The notes beneath the pieces were generated by a model. It was not told where the DNA came from and ran no database searches. It worked only from the letters and a program-made list of their open reading frames with translations. A stretch of DNA of 64,000 bases from contig CAYNXC010000003.1 in assembly GCA_964401135.1 (NCBI GenBank), forward strand, positions 8,848-72,847, in the 5' to 3' direction. The position numbers and the translations under genes were made by a program. Below, in pieces: positions 8,747 through 18,739 of this stretch; positions within the stretch are counted from its first letter, which is position 1; each line of letters opens with the position of its first letter. Source of the stretch: an uncultured Candidatus Saccharibacteria bacterium. Its GTDB lineage: Bacteria; Patescibacteriota; Minisyncoccia; Phycocordibacterales; UBA9988.

Positions 8747-9251
8747 CGTCTGTGAGCATTCCAGGGGGGATCTCTCGGAGGTTTTTTGCAGTGTCAGTAA
8801 AGAGTTTTCCCTTTAAATGATCTATCTCATGTTGAAAAATTTGTGCAAGCAGGCCCCCTGCCCCACGGGTGAATTGCTGCCCCTTCTCATCAAACGCTTT
8901 TATGGTGGCGTTTGTGCTCCGACTTACTTCCCCATAGAGCCAACGGACAGAGAGGCATCCTTCCTCCATACTATGTGTTCGTCTTGAAAGGCGAGTAAAT
9001 GTTGGGTTAATGTACACTAGTCTAACTTCCTTACTTCTTTCGCCTTCAAACACACTCGGGGCCACTACAAAAATTTGTAAGGGGAGTCCAATTTGTGGGG
9101 CGGCTAAAGCAACGCCATCTTCTTGTGAGGCGAGCGCCTCCTGCATATTTTTTATAATGGCATGGAGCTTTTTTGTTCCAAAAAGCTCCGATGGTACCGG
9201 CTGTGCCACTGCTCGGAGCGCTGGGTGCTCCCTATCAACAATCGCAATCAT
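8739..9251 (-). CDS. def: Peptide deformylase
   Basis: GVALAAPQIG, EGCLS, QHEIDHLKG. Confidence 0.96.
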   Translation of the reverse strand: MIAIVDREHPALRAVAQPVPSELFGTKKLHAIIKNMQEALASQEDGVALAAPQIGLPLQIFVVAPSVFEGERSKEVRLVYINPTFTRLSRRTHSMEEGCLSVRWLYGEVSRSTNATIKAFDEKGQQFTRGAGGLLAQIFQHEIDHLKGKLFTDTAKNLREIPPGMLTDDD

Positions 9252-9258
9252 TATTAGA

Positions 9259-11151
9259 TTATAGAATATTCAAGGGGTCAATATCAACTAGGAAGCGTGG
9301 AGATAGTCCTTTCAGTATTCGGACAAGGCGCTCGTGCGGCCATTGTTCTGGAGCGAGTTTGAGGAGTATATGCATGGTCGCAAACCTAAGCTCCCCAGAT
9401 TGGCCAGGAGAGGCGTAGATCGCAGGATTCCACTCGCGTAACTCTGTAGAGAGCGCCTTGATCTCATCGAGCACTGCACTCTGTTTGCCAGAACGACTGA
9501 TCTTGATGAGGACAGAAAAGGGTGGGTAGAGAAGTGCCTTTCGCACTTCTATTTCGGCACGATGAAACTCAGCAACTTGTCCACGGCTTGCATAGAGGAG
9601 TGTGGCTGCCTCTGGATCTCGTGTTTGGATACAAAAATGTTCCGTTGCCTGTTCTCTGAGGCGATTCAAGAGTACAAACAATCGTTCTCCAATGCGGGAG
9701 TCTGGAATAACGAGCATCGTGTCTACCGAGACCACAGCTACCAGATCAACAGGCCGTACGAGAAAGGGGAGTATCATTTCGGTCCCAATGAGTATGGAGC
9801 CTCGCGTTGCATAGAATTCTGTGATCCGTTCTCGTGCAATGCTCCTGCTCCGTGCAGAGTCACTGTCTACGCAGAACAGCTTTGTGTTGGGGAAAAGATG
9901 CTTTGCCTCCTCGTATGTTTTCTCTGTTCCAATGCCGAGCAGTGTGAGATTCCAACTACCACACTTCCTACACCCATCCGGCGGTTCCTCAGTGTGTCCA
10001 CAACGGTGACAGGAATAGAGGTATGTATCGTGTACTGAATGGAGTACCGCAGGATTACCACAACGAGTGCAGCGCACAGTCTCTCCGCAATCTCTACACA
10101 CGGTGGATGGCGCGACTCCGCGTCGAGCGCCTAGGAGTACTACCTGTCCCTCTTTTTTAACTGTTTCTATAATTAGTCTGGCAAGACTTAGTCCGATGGC
10201 TTTCCCTGCCTCTCTTTTCTTCACTGCACTACGCTCCTCCTCTCTCATATTGATAAGATGGATGTTTGCGCGAGAAGGAATGCGTGTTTTTATGGAGACG
10301 AACGGGACAAATTCCTCCTTTTCTAGCCGGAGCACAGACTCTGTACGCAATACTGAATCTCCGAGGATGAGGCGGATAAGGCTCTCATCTGCTAAGTACT
10401 CTGCAAAACGCCGCATATCAATGAAAGGGCGTGTAAGCATTTTATACGAGGGAGTGTTCTCTTTATCAATAATGATGGTCTCTATAGATCCTCCCGCAAG
10501 CGCGAGAGCAGCAGTGGTCCCAATAATGAGGAGTGGTGTATCCCCATTAAGCTCTGTGCTAATTTTTTTTATGTCTGCTTTTGTGCTATCCCCGCTTATG
10601 ATGCGCACTGAAGTACTGATCCCTCTGCCCAAAATACCTTCTACACCCAGGACATCTTCGCGAGTCGGCTCTACAATGAGGACGGAACGACGTCCGACGA
10701 ATGATTCTCGCACCAACTTTTTGTAGAGGGAAAATCGCTCCTCGGCAGTATCAGATACTACATACTTCTCTGGACGGATACCTGACTCTCGGGCTTTTAT
10801 AGAGGGGAGTGCTACTTGTGCTTCTAGTAATGATTTTGGCAAGAGCGCAGAGAGTGTTGTTGAAAGGGGCGCCGCGTAGTACGCTGCTGTCTTTCTCGCC
10901 GCGGCAAGAAACTGTGGGGACATAAAGAGAGGATAGAGTACTTTTTCGATCTTTTTGAGTGAGTATCGGGATGCTTTCAGCTCTGCCTTATGAATGGTGA
11001 GCGGGGCATGCGCAATCACTAAGGCCTTATACTTCTTCCCGCGTATACTGATTTCAACCAAATCACCCTCAGAGACGGTCCCTGCAGAGTAGTATGAGAG
11101 CTCTTCAGCAAACACGCCACGAGAGAGAGGGATGACCGTAATCAAGTTCAT
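9259..11151 (-). CDS. priA: Primosomal protein N' (PriA) lacking ATPase motifs
   Basis: N-terminal 3'-DNA-binding-domain-like region, four CxxC pairs, GIGTEK, ILIGTEM, IQTRDP, YPPFS, VDIDP; adjacent to def-fmt. Confidence 0.88.
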   Translation of the reverse strand: MNLITVIPLSRGVFAEELSYYSAGTVSEGDLVEISIRGKKYKALVIAHAPLTIHKAELKASRYSLKKIEKVLYPLFMSPQFLAAARKTAAYYAAPLSTTLSALLPKSLLEAQVALPSIKARESGIRPEKYVVSDTAEERFSLYKKLVRESFVGRRSVLIVEPTREDVLGVEGILGRGISTSVRIISGDSTKADIKKISTELNGDTPLLIIGTTAALALAGGSIETIIIDKENTPSYKMLTRPFIDMRRFAEYLADESLIRLILGDSVLRTESVLRLEKEEFVPFVSIKTRIPSRANIHLINMREEERSAVKKREAGKAIGLSLARLIIETVKKEGQVVLLGARRGVAPSTVCRDCGETVRCTRCGNPAVLHSVHDTYLYSCHRCGHTEEPPDGCRKCGSWNLTLLGIGTEKTYEEAKHLFPNTKLFCVDSDSARSRSIARERITEFYATRGSILIGTEMILPFLVRPVDLVAVVSVDTMLVIPDSRIGERLFVLLNRLREQATEHFCIQTRDPEAATLLYASRGQVAEFHRAEIEVRKALLYPPFSVLIKISRSGKQSAVLDEIKALSTELREWNPAIYASPGQSGELRFATMHILLKLAPEQWPHERLVRILKGLSPRFLVDIDPLNIL

Positions 11152-11227
11152 GGCTATAGTATAAGTACCAAGAGTGAAGTAGCAAGGCTCCAGTGACAAG
11201 TTAAAATTGGTAGATTACAATACCTCT

Positions 11228-12511
11228 ATGAATAAAGAATTATTTGAAATACAGGGATTGGGAGGAACAGCAGTACTTGAAGGAGAGATTCGTGTCTCTG
11301 GCGCAAAAAATGCTGCACTTCCTGCACTTGCGAGTACAGTTCTTTTCTCTTCCCCAGTCACACTTACCGGCATACCAGAGATTGAAGACATCCACCGGAC
11401 AAAAGAGATGATCCAAGCTCTCGGTGGACAGGTAGACTCAGAGGCGGAGGGTACACTCCGTATCTCTATTCCCGACACGACACGCCCTGACCTTACGGGA
11501 GAGATTGCAAAAAGAATGCGTGCGTCAGTGATCTTCACTGGGCCTTTACTCGCACGCTTTAGAGAAGTCCGATTCCCTCACCCCGGAGGTTGTGTGATTG
11601 GGCCACGGCCGATTGATATGTTTTTAGAGGCTTACCAGCGAATGGGAGCGCAGGTGAAAGTAGAGGATGGATCATACTGCATCAGTGCGCCAGAAGGACT
11701 CCACGGAGCAGAGATTTTTTTTAGACAACAAAGCGTCACGGGGACAGAAGCCCTTATGATGGCGGCGGTTCTTGCTCGGGGAACTACAGTGATTCGTAAC
11801 GCGGCCATGGAACCAGAGATAAGTAATGTTGCAGAATTTTTGTGTGCCAACGGAGCACTTATTGACGGTGCTGGATCTTCTACCATACGCATAGATGGAG
11901 GGAATCTACTCGCCGCGAGTACCGAGTATCACTGTATCCCTGATCGTATTGAAGCGGGGAGCTTCCTTATCCTTGCGGCACTTGCTGGAAAAAAAATAAA
12001 AATCTCACATATTATTCCAGAACATATTTACGCACTGAGCTACGAGTTGGTACGCGCGGGAGTGCCATTGGTATTCGGAGAGGATTATGTAGAAGTGTCT
12101 GCCCGCTCTGGCAGCTATAGTTCGGTAAATATCAAAACGCACGAATATCCTGGATTCCCCACTGACTTACAAGCTCCGATGCTCATCTTCCTTACACAGG
12201 CGCACGGAGAGAGTTTTGTGTTTGAGACAGTGTTTGAAAATCGTTTAAACTATACCGAGGAGTTGGTTCGGATGGGGGCAGATATCAGCGTCTTTAATCC
12301 ACACCAAGCTCTGGTGCGAGGGCCACACCCACTGCGGGCCCGTGAGTTGGAGAGCCCTGACATCCGTGCGGGGCTTGCATTTGTTATTGCAGCGAGTATT
12401 GCACGCGGAACCTCACTCGTGCATAATGTATATTATATTGATCGCGGCCACGAACATATCGAAGCTCGACTCTCTGCTCTCGGACTTTCTATTACGCGTA
12501 AAACACAATGA
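11228..12511 (+). CDS. murA: UDP-N-acetylglucosamine 1-carboxyvinyltransferase
   Basis: SGAKNAALP, MRAS, PGGCVIGPRPID, PDRIEAG, YPGFPTDLQ, DIRAG. Confidence 0.97.
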   Translation: MNKELFEIQGLGGTAVLEGEIRVSGAKNAALPALASTVLFSSPVTLTGIPEIEDIHRTKEMIQALGGQVDSEAEGTLRISIPDTTRPDLTGEIAKRMRASVIFTGPLLARFREVRFPHPGGCVIGPRPIDMFLEAYQRMGAQVKVEDGSYCISAPEGLHGAEIFFRQQSVTGTEALMMAAVLARGTTVIRNAAMEPEISNVAEFLCANGALIDGAGSSTIRIDGGNLLAASTEYHCIPDRIEAGSFLILAALAGKKIKISHIIPEHIYALSYELVRAGVPLVFGEDYVEVSARSGSYSSVNIKTHEYPGFPTDLQAPMLIFLTQAHGESFVFETVFENRLNYTEELVRMGADISVFNPHQALVRGPHPLRARELESPDIRAGLAFVIAASIARGTSLVHNVYYIDRGHEHIEARLSALGLSITRKTQ

Positions 12512-14109
12512 ATAAAAAACTTGTAGAATTTATTCGTACACAGACTCTCTTAGGGAAAACTCCGAAAGAAATTTCGGATATACTGATAACACAAGGAGGA
12601 TGGACGCAGGAGGAGATACAGAGCGCGTTTACAGAAGCACGGGCTGGATCACAAGAACATATGCAACCCATAGTCTCTGAGCCCATTACTTCTGTCGGAG
12701 CACAGATTCAAGTGGCGCAGAGTGCTCCAAAGAACGTATCAGCTGATGCCCCACATAGAAAGGGCTTACGGATGCGCACCACAATACTTTTTTCTGTCGC
12801 ATTCCTTCTCCTTGCCGCAGGGCTTGCCTACGCCTACTTTGTCTATCTTCCAAACAGAAATCAACCGCCACTCAGTGAAGCAATCTCGGCAATTGTATCT
12901 GGATCAGAATCTATCTCTCGTGCCACTTATGCTGGGAGTATTCACGCAACAGGGACATTTCAGCACGCGCGAGAGGAAATGTATCTCGGAGACACGCTCA
13001 CCAAAGGATCTTTTGACGCGCAATTACCTTTCATTTTTTCATATATTCGCACGGATAGCGGTACTGATTGGCAGGCACAGATCTCTCCCCACGGAACATT
13101 TTCTATGCCTCCACTCACCATCACTGCATCGGCAACCAGTTCCTTTCTATCTGCAAGTAGCACTTTCTATCTACGTCTAGATGATATTTCTGAGATAGCT
13201 ATGATGCCTTTTGATCTCTCTAGCATCAAGGGAGTCTGGATTAGGAACCCACTCTCAAAGATATCCTCAAGTTACACTAATTCATTTGATATAGAGCAAT
13301 CCTATGCGTCTACAAGTGGAGCCTATAATGAAGCGTATAAAAAAGTGTTTACCCGTGCTATTTCTGAACAGGTAATCAAGGCTACCGATACTCTTCCTGG
13401 AGAGCTTATAGGAGGGAATCGGACATACCGATATCGTTTTCAAATAGATATGGGAAAGTTCTCTACTATCATGGCTGAAGAGCTCCGCGCGGTGCATCCC
13501 AATGATGAGTCATTTGCGCCTGAGGGAATAGATCGTGATCTTGCAACACTACCTCCACTTTGGGGGGATCTCTGGGTCGATCGTGATTCGCTATCATTAC
13601 GGCGTATCTCACTTATGTATCAGGTGAGCACTACCAGCCCGAGTACTTCAAATGCAACAAGTAAGTTTGCTGTCAATATACGCGTTACTCTTGAACGACT
13701 AAATACTGCTCCCTCTGCGATTACTGTTCCAGAGAATTCAGTTACTCCAGAGGAATTAATGGATGCTGTGCAGTTTAATTCTCTCTTGGCCAAACTTGGC
13801 GACAACTCAAGTTCCACCGAGGCCATTGCACACAAGCTATGGTCAGCACGCAAACTCCTCCAAGAGACATTCCCGGCTACTACTACTGCCTCCCGCTTGT
13901 GGAGAAGGTACCCTGCGAATGCATGCACATTACTCGGAACGAGCACTGCATGCAGGGTGGGTCCCGCAAGCGCAATAGGAAACACTTTTGTCCTCTGGGC
14001 AAATCTCCCTAATAAGCGTATACTCTGCGTTGACAGCAACGCAATGGTGCTTCTTTCAAAGAGTCTAAAGACGACAGAGTATCGTTGCCCTCCTGCTGTT
14101 ATCTTTTAA
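12508..14109 (+). CDS. Membrane-anchored extracellular protein (533 aa), function unknown
   Basis: Short N-terminal helical domain, one TM at about aa 92-112, beta-rich body, Cys-bridged C-terminus with LCVDSN; overlaps the ends of murA and mreB. Confidence 0.75.
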   Translation: MNKKLVEFIRTQTLLGKTPKEISDILITQGGWTQEEIQSAFTEARAGSQEHMQPIVSEPITSVGAQIQVAQSAPKNVSADAPHRKGLRMRTTILFSVAFLLLAAGLAYAYFVYLPNRNQPPLSEAISAIVSGSESISRATYAGSIHATGTFQHAREEMYLGDTLTKGSFDAQLPFIFSYIRTDSGTDWQAQISPHGTFSMPPLTITASATSSFLSASSTFYLRLDDISEIAMMPFDLSSIKGVWIRNPLSKISSSYTNSFDIEQSYASTSGAYNEAYKKVFTRAISEQVIKATDTLPGELIGGNRTYRYRFQIDMGKFSTIMAEELRAVHPNDESFAPEGIDRDLATLPPLWGDLWVDRDSLSLRRISLMYQVSTTSPSTSNATSKFAVNIRVTLERLNTAPSAITVPENSVTPEELMDAVQFNSLLAKLGDNSSSTEAIAHKLWSARKLLQETFPATTTASRLWRRYPANACTLLGTSTACRVGPASAIGNTFVLWANLPNKRILCVDSNAMVLLSKSLKTTEYRCPPAVIF

Positions 14110-15122
14110 TGCTCTGGCCATCACGACGACTTGGAATTGATCTCGGCACTGCTAATACTCTGGTCTATGCTCCAGGGAGAGGTATTGTGCTGAATGAATC
14201 GTCTGTTGTGGCAATTTCTGAATACGATAAGAAGGTGCTTGCTGTGGGCACGGATGCAAAGATCATGATCGGTAAGACCCCTGACTCCATCATCGCTTAC
14301 CGTCCTATGAAGGATGGCGTCATCGCTGACTACCGTGTTACTGAAGCAATGCTCCGTTATTTTATTGGGAAGGCGCTTGGCAAGTGGGGATTTCTTAAGC
14401 CCGATGTCATGGTATCTGTTCCAGCAGGGATCACCTCTACAGAGCGGAGAGCAGTGATCGAAGCAGCCCTGCGCGCTGGAGCACGGAATGCCTATGTGGT
14501 GAAAGAGCCTATTTTAGCTGCCATTGGTGCAGGCATTCCCATTCAAGAAGCAACGGGTCATATGGTGGTAGATATCGGCGGAGGGACGACCGATGTAGCG
14601 GTTATCTCACTGGGTGGTATTGTGGCATCAACATCAGTCAAGTGCGCAGGAGATAAGTTAGATTTAGCAATCGGAGATTACATTAAAAAGACATTCAATT
14701 TAGCTATTGGTGATAAAACAGCAGAAGAGGTAAAGATGCGCATTGGTTCAGCGCTCCCTATAGATGAAGAGCTCTCCTACATGCTTAAGGGGCGAGATCT
14801 TATCACTGGGCTGCCTCGCTCAGTAGAGATAAAGACGAATGAGATAGTACGAGCAATCCAACCGCAGCTTCGCCTGATGATTAAGGCTATCAAGGATGTG
14901 TTCCAAGATACTCCGCCTGAACTTGCCGCAGACATCATTGATCAGGGGATTACCATGACAGGAGGTTCATCTCAACTGCGTAATCTCCCAGAGTTGGTAT
15001 TAAAACGCACAGGAGTGAAAGCTTTTGCCGCCGAGAATTCACTCTTCTGCGTGGCAAATGGGACGGGGACAGCACTCTCACACCTTGGCACTTATAAGAT
15101 GAGTATTCTCTCAAAGCGGTGA
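14109..15122 (+). CDS. mreB: MreB/Mbl-like rod-shape actin, paralog 1
   Basis: GIDLGTANT, PMKDGVIAD, VDIGGGTTD, MTGGSS. Confidence 0.93.
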   Translation: MLWPSRRLGIDLGTANTLVYAPGRGIVLNESSVVAISEYDKKVLAVGTDAKIMIGKTPDSIIAYRPMKDGVIADYRVTEAMLRYFIGKALGKWGFLKPDVMVSVPAGITSTERRAVIEAALRAGARNAYVVKEPILAAIGAGIPIQEATGHMVVDIGGGTTDVAVISLGGIVASTSVKCAGDKLDLAIGDYIKKTFNLAIGDKTAEEVKMRIGSALPIDEELSYMLKGRDLITGLPRSVEIKTNEIVRAIQPQLRLMIKAIKDVFQDTPPELAADIIDQGITMTGGSSQLRNLPELVLKRTGVKAFAAENSLFCVANGTGTALSHLGTYKMSILSKR

Positions 15123-15748
15123 GCATATCGACTCTATTAACGCAGATAAAGAAAGGAGAGGCTCACGCATACATCGCTGATGGAGCATTTCCAGATGCAA
15201 CAGAAGAACTATTCCGTAGTTTGCATGAACGAGGAGAGAAATTTTTTCTCATTGAGCGCGATACCCTGCGTATAGAAGATGTGAGGGAACTTCGTATACA
15301 AGCAACAAGAAAACAAGATTCACACACCCTTTTCATCCTCAAAGCACACAGCATACTGCAGGAGGCTCAACATGCGCTCCTGAAGGCCTTAGAAGAGCCT
15401 TCTGAGGGGATTGTGTACCTGATACTTCTTCGTACTTCGTATGCGCTCATCCCCACACTTGCGTCGCGTTGTCAACGGCTGGTTGTAGATTGCGCTCATG
15501 ATGATACGAGTATTGCTGAGCACTTTCTCTCCACCTCAATCCCTAGACGCCTTTCACTCGTCAACGACGCAATGGAGACTGCTGGTCATACGAGGGCATA
15601 TGCACTCTTGCGAGAACTCTCTTTCTCTCCTGCACTCTCGGTACGAGCGTATGAAATGATTGTGAGCGCGAATAAGGCTGCAAACCGTCATCCGATAGGG
15701 CTCAAGCAACTCTTAGAGCACCTTGCACTTACTTTACCCAGATACTAA
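15119..15748 (+). CDS. holB: DNA polymerase III delta' subunit (reduced)
   Basis: HAY, IEDVREL, EAQHALLKALEEP, LIPTLASRC. Confidence 0.85.
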   Translation: MSISTLLTQIKKGEAHAYIADGAFPDATEELFRSLHERGEKFFLIERDTLRIEDVRELRIQATRKQDSHTLFILKAHSILQEAQHALLKALEEPSEGIVYLILLRTSYALIPTLASRCQRLVVDCAHDDTSIAEHFLSTSIPRRLSLVNDAMETAGHTRAYALLRELSFSPALSVRAYEMIVSANKAANRHPIGLKQLLEHLALTLPRY

Positions 15749-15771
15749 ACATTTGTTACACTATCAACGCT

Positions 15772-16326
15772 ATGACATACAATTTTCAGACGCTTAAGGG
15801 GCAATTTTCCGCGATAGAGAATTGGTTGAATGAGGAGCTCTCTCTCTTGCGTACAGGTAAGGCAACACCGCGCATATTAGATAAAGTGCAGGTAGATACC
15901 TACGGGTCACGCAGTGATCTAAAACATGTGGGGAGTATTGCGGTGCAGGACGCACGGACACTCTACATCACTCCCTGGGATACTTCTCTTATTAGCGCAA
16001 TCCAAAAGGGGATAGATGCTGCAAATCTTGGCGTCTCTGCCGTCCCAGACGGAAGTGGAGTGCGGGTTACTTTTCCAGAATTGACTGGAGAGCGTCGTGC
16101 ACAAATGGTAAAACAGGTCGGGATTAAACTTGAAGAGGCACGGATCTCTGTACGCACAGAGCGAGAGAAGATACAAAATGATATTCTCTCGAAAGAAAAA
16201 ACCGGAGGTATCTCAGAAGATGAGCGCTTCCGCGCAAGAGAAGAACTCCAACATCTCGTAGATGATATTCATGCCCGTCTTGAGGCTCTTGCAGAGAAGA
16301 AGCGCTCTGAAATGACAACACTATGA
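15772..16326 (+). CDS. frr: Ribosome recycling factor
   Basis: LRTGKA, ITPWD, FPELTGERR, ISEDE. Confidence 0.95.
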   Translation: MTYNFQTLKGQFSAIENWLNEELSLLRTGKATPRILDKVQVDTYGSRSDLKHVGSIAVQDARTLYITPWDTSLISAIQKGIDAANLGVSAVPDGSGVRVTFPELTGERRAQMVKQVGIKLEEARISVRTEREKIQNDILSKEKTGGISEDERFRAREELQHLVDDIHARLEALAEKKRSEMTTL

Positions 16327-17384
16327 GCATCCTTATCTTTCTTATCATCTTAGTTGTGCTCATAGTCGTGCATGAATTGGGGCACTTTAGTATTGCAAAG
16401 TGGGCACGGGTAGCCGTGGATGAGTTTGCAGTCGGATTTCCCCCCCGTCTCTTTGCGCGGAAGTGGGGAGAGACCGTGTATGCAGTTAATGCGCTCCCTA
16501 TTGGTGGCTATGTAAAGATTCGAGGCGAGAATGGTGCAGAGAAAAATGATCCGCGTTCTCTTGCATCTCGTCCTCGTCTTATCCAGGCCGCAGTACTCTC
16601 TGGAGGAGTGCTCTGTAACGCTCTTTTAGGCTGGGCATTTATCTCTCTTGGGCTCATGCTAGGTCTCCCTGTCTCTGATACAACAGTACCGGAAGGATAT
16701 ACCTTATCTCATCCAATGACTGTCGTCACCAGTGTGCGTGCTGATTCCCCTGCGGCACAATCGGGAATGCGGGGAGGAGACAAGATTGTTTCTATAAACA
16801 CATTGCGTGATCCGGCTATACAAGATATTCAACGTATAGTAAAGGAATCTTCTGGAGGCATCGAATTTGTTGTCATACGAGCAGGAACAGAAAAATTTGT
16901 GACGGTTATGCCTGCTGGGGAAGTAGGAGAGGAGAAGAGTATTGGCATAGGTCTTGATCGAATAGGTACACTCAAACTCTCTATCTCCGATGCCGTTGTG
17001 AGTGGATTTTCCATGACGGCACATCTTGCGTGGGCGACGCTCTCTACGCTCATCACTATTGTACAAAGTCTTTTTTCAGGAACCCCAGCATTTGATGCTG
17101 TTACCGGTCCCGTTGGCCTTGTGAGTCTTGTTGGCACTGCTCGTGACATGGGGCTTATCTACCTCCTCTCCCTCACCGCCATCATCTCGGTCAATCTCGC
17201 TATAGTGAATCTTCTCCCTTTCCCAGCACTTGACGGGGGAAGACTGCTTGTTCTTCTCATAGAAGGAGTGACGCACCGTACACTTCCTGAACGGATAACC
17301 GGGATACTTCACCTCACTGGTCTTATCATCTTGATTGCTCTCATGGTGTTAATCACCATCCGTGACATCCACAATCTGTTTTGA
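16323..17384 (+). CDS. rseP: RIP metalloprotease RseP (M50 plus PDZ)
   Basis: HELGH, GGYVKI, NLLPFPALDGG. Confidence 0.95.
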   Translation: MSILIFLIILVVLIVVHELGHFSIAKWARVAVDEFAVGFPPRLFARKWGETVYAVNALPIGGYVKIRGENGAEKNDPRSLASRPRLIQAAVLSGGVLCNALLGWAFISLGLMLGLPVSDTTVPEGYTLSHPMTVVTSVRADSPAAQSGMRGGDKIVSINTLRDPAIQDIQRIVKESSGGIEFVVIRAGTEKFVTVMPAGEVGEEKSIGIGLDRIGTLKLSISDAVVSGFSMTAHLAWATLSTLITIVQSLFSGTPAFDAVTGPVGLVSLVGTARDMGLIYLLSLTAIISVNLAIVNLLPFPALDGGRLLVLLIEGVTHRTLPERITGILHLTGLIILIALMVLITIRDIHNLF

Positions 17385-17437
17385 TCGGTATACACTAGAG
17401 TCGAGGTCACGCTATTGGGTTATTATGGTGCTAGAGC

Positions 17438-17464
17438 AAAGGTGAGAGAGACTTGCCTTTCTTT
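17438..17464 (+). terminator. Probable terminator after the murA to rseP operon
   Basis: AAAGGTGAG-agaga-CTTGCCTTT followed by CTTT; stem contains G-U pairs. Confidence 0.45.
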
Positions 17465-17498
17465 GCCCCACTCCTCCTTTTAGGGTAAGATACAGCTC

Positions 17499-18734
17499 AT
17501 GAGATTCTCTCATCTATTTACTAAGACACGACGGGATGCCCCTAGAGATGAGGTAGCAAAGAATGCACTCTTACTCACTCGAGCAGGTTTCGTGGATAAG
17601 GTCGCGGCAGGCGTGTACTCGTATCTACCGCTCGGATTCTCCACGCTTGAAAGAATCAACTCAATCATCCGTGACGAAATGAATTGCATCGGAGGAGTGG
17701 AACTTTTACTCTCGTCACTGCAAAATCCTGAAGTGTGGAAGAGGACTTCACGCTGGGATAGTGATGTGTGGTTTAAAAGTGTATACAAGGCCAGTGGTGA
17801 GACAGGATTTGCTTGGACACAAGAAGAGGCAGCGACGATGCTCATGACAGCGCACATCCAATCTTATAAAGACCTCCCGCGTGCGGTGTATCAGATACAG
17901 ACGAAGTTTAGAAATGAAGAGCGAGCAAAAAGCGGTATTCTGCGTGGACGAGAATTTGTCATGAAGGATCTGTACTCATTCCACACAAGTCAAGACGATC
18001 TTGATAGGTTTTATGAGGAGTGCGCAGCTGCGTATGAGCGGATCTTTACCCGGCTTGGACTTGGTCCAATAACTCTGCGTACCGTTGCCTCTGGTGGTGC
18101 TTTCTCTCAGTACAGCCACGAATTCCAGACATTGTGCTCAGCAGGGGAGGATACAATCTATGTACATCCTGAAAAGCATATTGCCGTCAATAAAGAGGTT
18201 TGTACAGATGAAGTACTTGCCGATTTGGGGATACAAAGATCAGAATTGCGAGAAGAAAAAAGTATCGAAGTCGGAAATATTTTTAAGCTAGGGACACGCT
18301 TCTCTGAGCCGCTTGGATTATCATTTTCTAATGAGCAAGGAGAGAGGAAGCCGGTTATCATGGGAAGTTATGGGATTGGCCCAGGACGAGCCATGGGGAC
18401 TATTGCGGAGGTCCTCTCGGATGAAAAAGGCCTCGTGTGGCCAAGAGAAATAGCTCCATTTTCGTACCATCTTGTACTCATTAGCCCAAAGAATGATAAA
18501 GTGCGTGCACAAGCAGAGGCTCTCTATACAGCTCTCTCTGCGCGAAGTAAGCGTGTTCTCTATGACGACAGAGAGGGGGTGAGTGCGGGAGAAAAGTTCT
18601 CTGATGCGGATCTCATGGGTATGCCAGAACAAATTATCGTCAGTGAAAAGACACTAAGCCAAGGAGCCTATGAAGTCCGTATTCGTGCAGACGGAGCTTC
18701 CCACTTCATCCATGAACAAGAGCTCATTGCTTAA
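17499..18734 (+). CDS. proS: Proline--tRNA ligase (short, no editing insertion)
   Basis: YQIQTKFRNEERAKSGILRGREFVMKDLYSFH, IEVGNIFKLG, MGSYGIG. Confidence 0.95.
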   Translation: MRFSHLFTKTRRDAPRDEVAKNALLLTRAGFVDKVAAGVYSYLPLGFSTLERINSIIRDEMNCIGGVELLLSSLQNPEVWKRTSRWDSDVWFKSVYKASGETGFAWTQEEAATMLMTAHIQSYKDLPRAVYQIQTKFRNEERAKSGILRGREFVMKDLYSFHTSQDDLDRFYEECAAAYERIFTRLGLGPITLRTVASGGAFSQYSHEFQTLCSAGEDTIYVHPEKHIAVNKEVCTDEVLADLGIQRSELREEKSIEVGNIFKLGTRFSEPLGLSFSNEQGERKPVIMGSYGIGPGRAMGTIAEVLSDEKGLVWPREIAPFSYHLVLISPKNDKVRAQAEALYTALSARSKRVLYDDREGVSAGEKFSDADLMGMPEQIIVSEKTLSQGAYEVRIRADGASHFIHEQELIA

Positions 18735-18739
18735 ACGAT

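Noticed and set aside
10067-10726. Long antisense or overlapping ORFs (also 50264-50881, 55312-55938, 61115-61624, 3852-4118, 30210-30611)
   Set aside because: Shadows of better-supported genes or regulatory regions, with no motifs or expression signals
12416-12443. dif-like string CTCGTGCATAA-TGTATA-TTATATTGATC, with 16 consecutive nt identical to E. coli dif
   Set aside because: It lies inside murA (VHNVYYIDR, near the conserved IDRG motif) and both arms carry four mismatches. Probably chance, though a skew plot could test it.
17391-17464. Possible sRNA between rseP and proS
   Set aside because: The TACACT has no -35 or TG extension; the hairpin is adequately explained as an operon terminator
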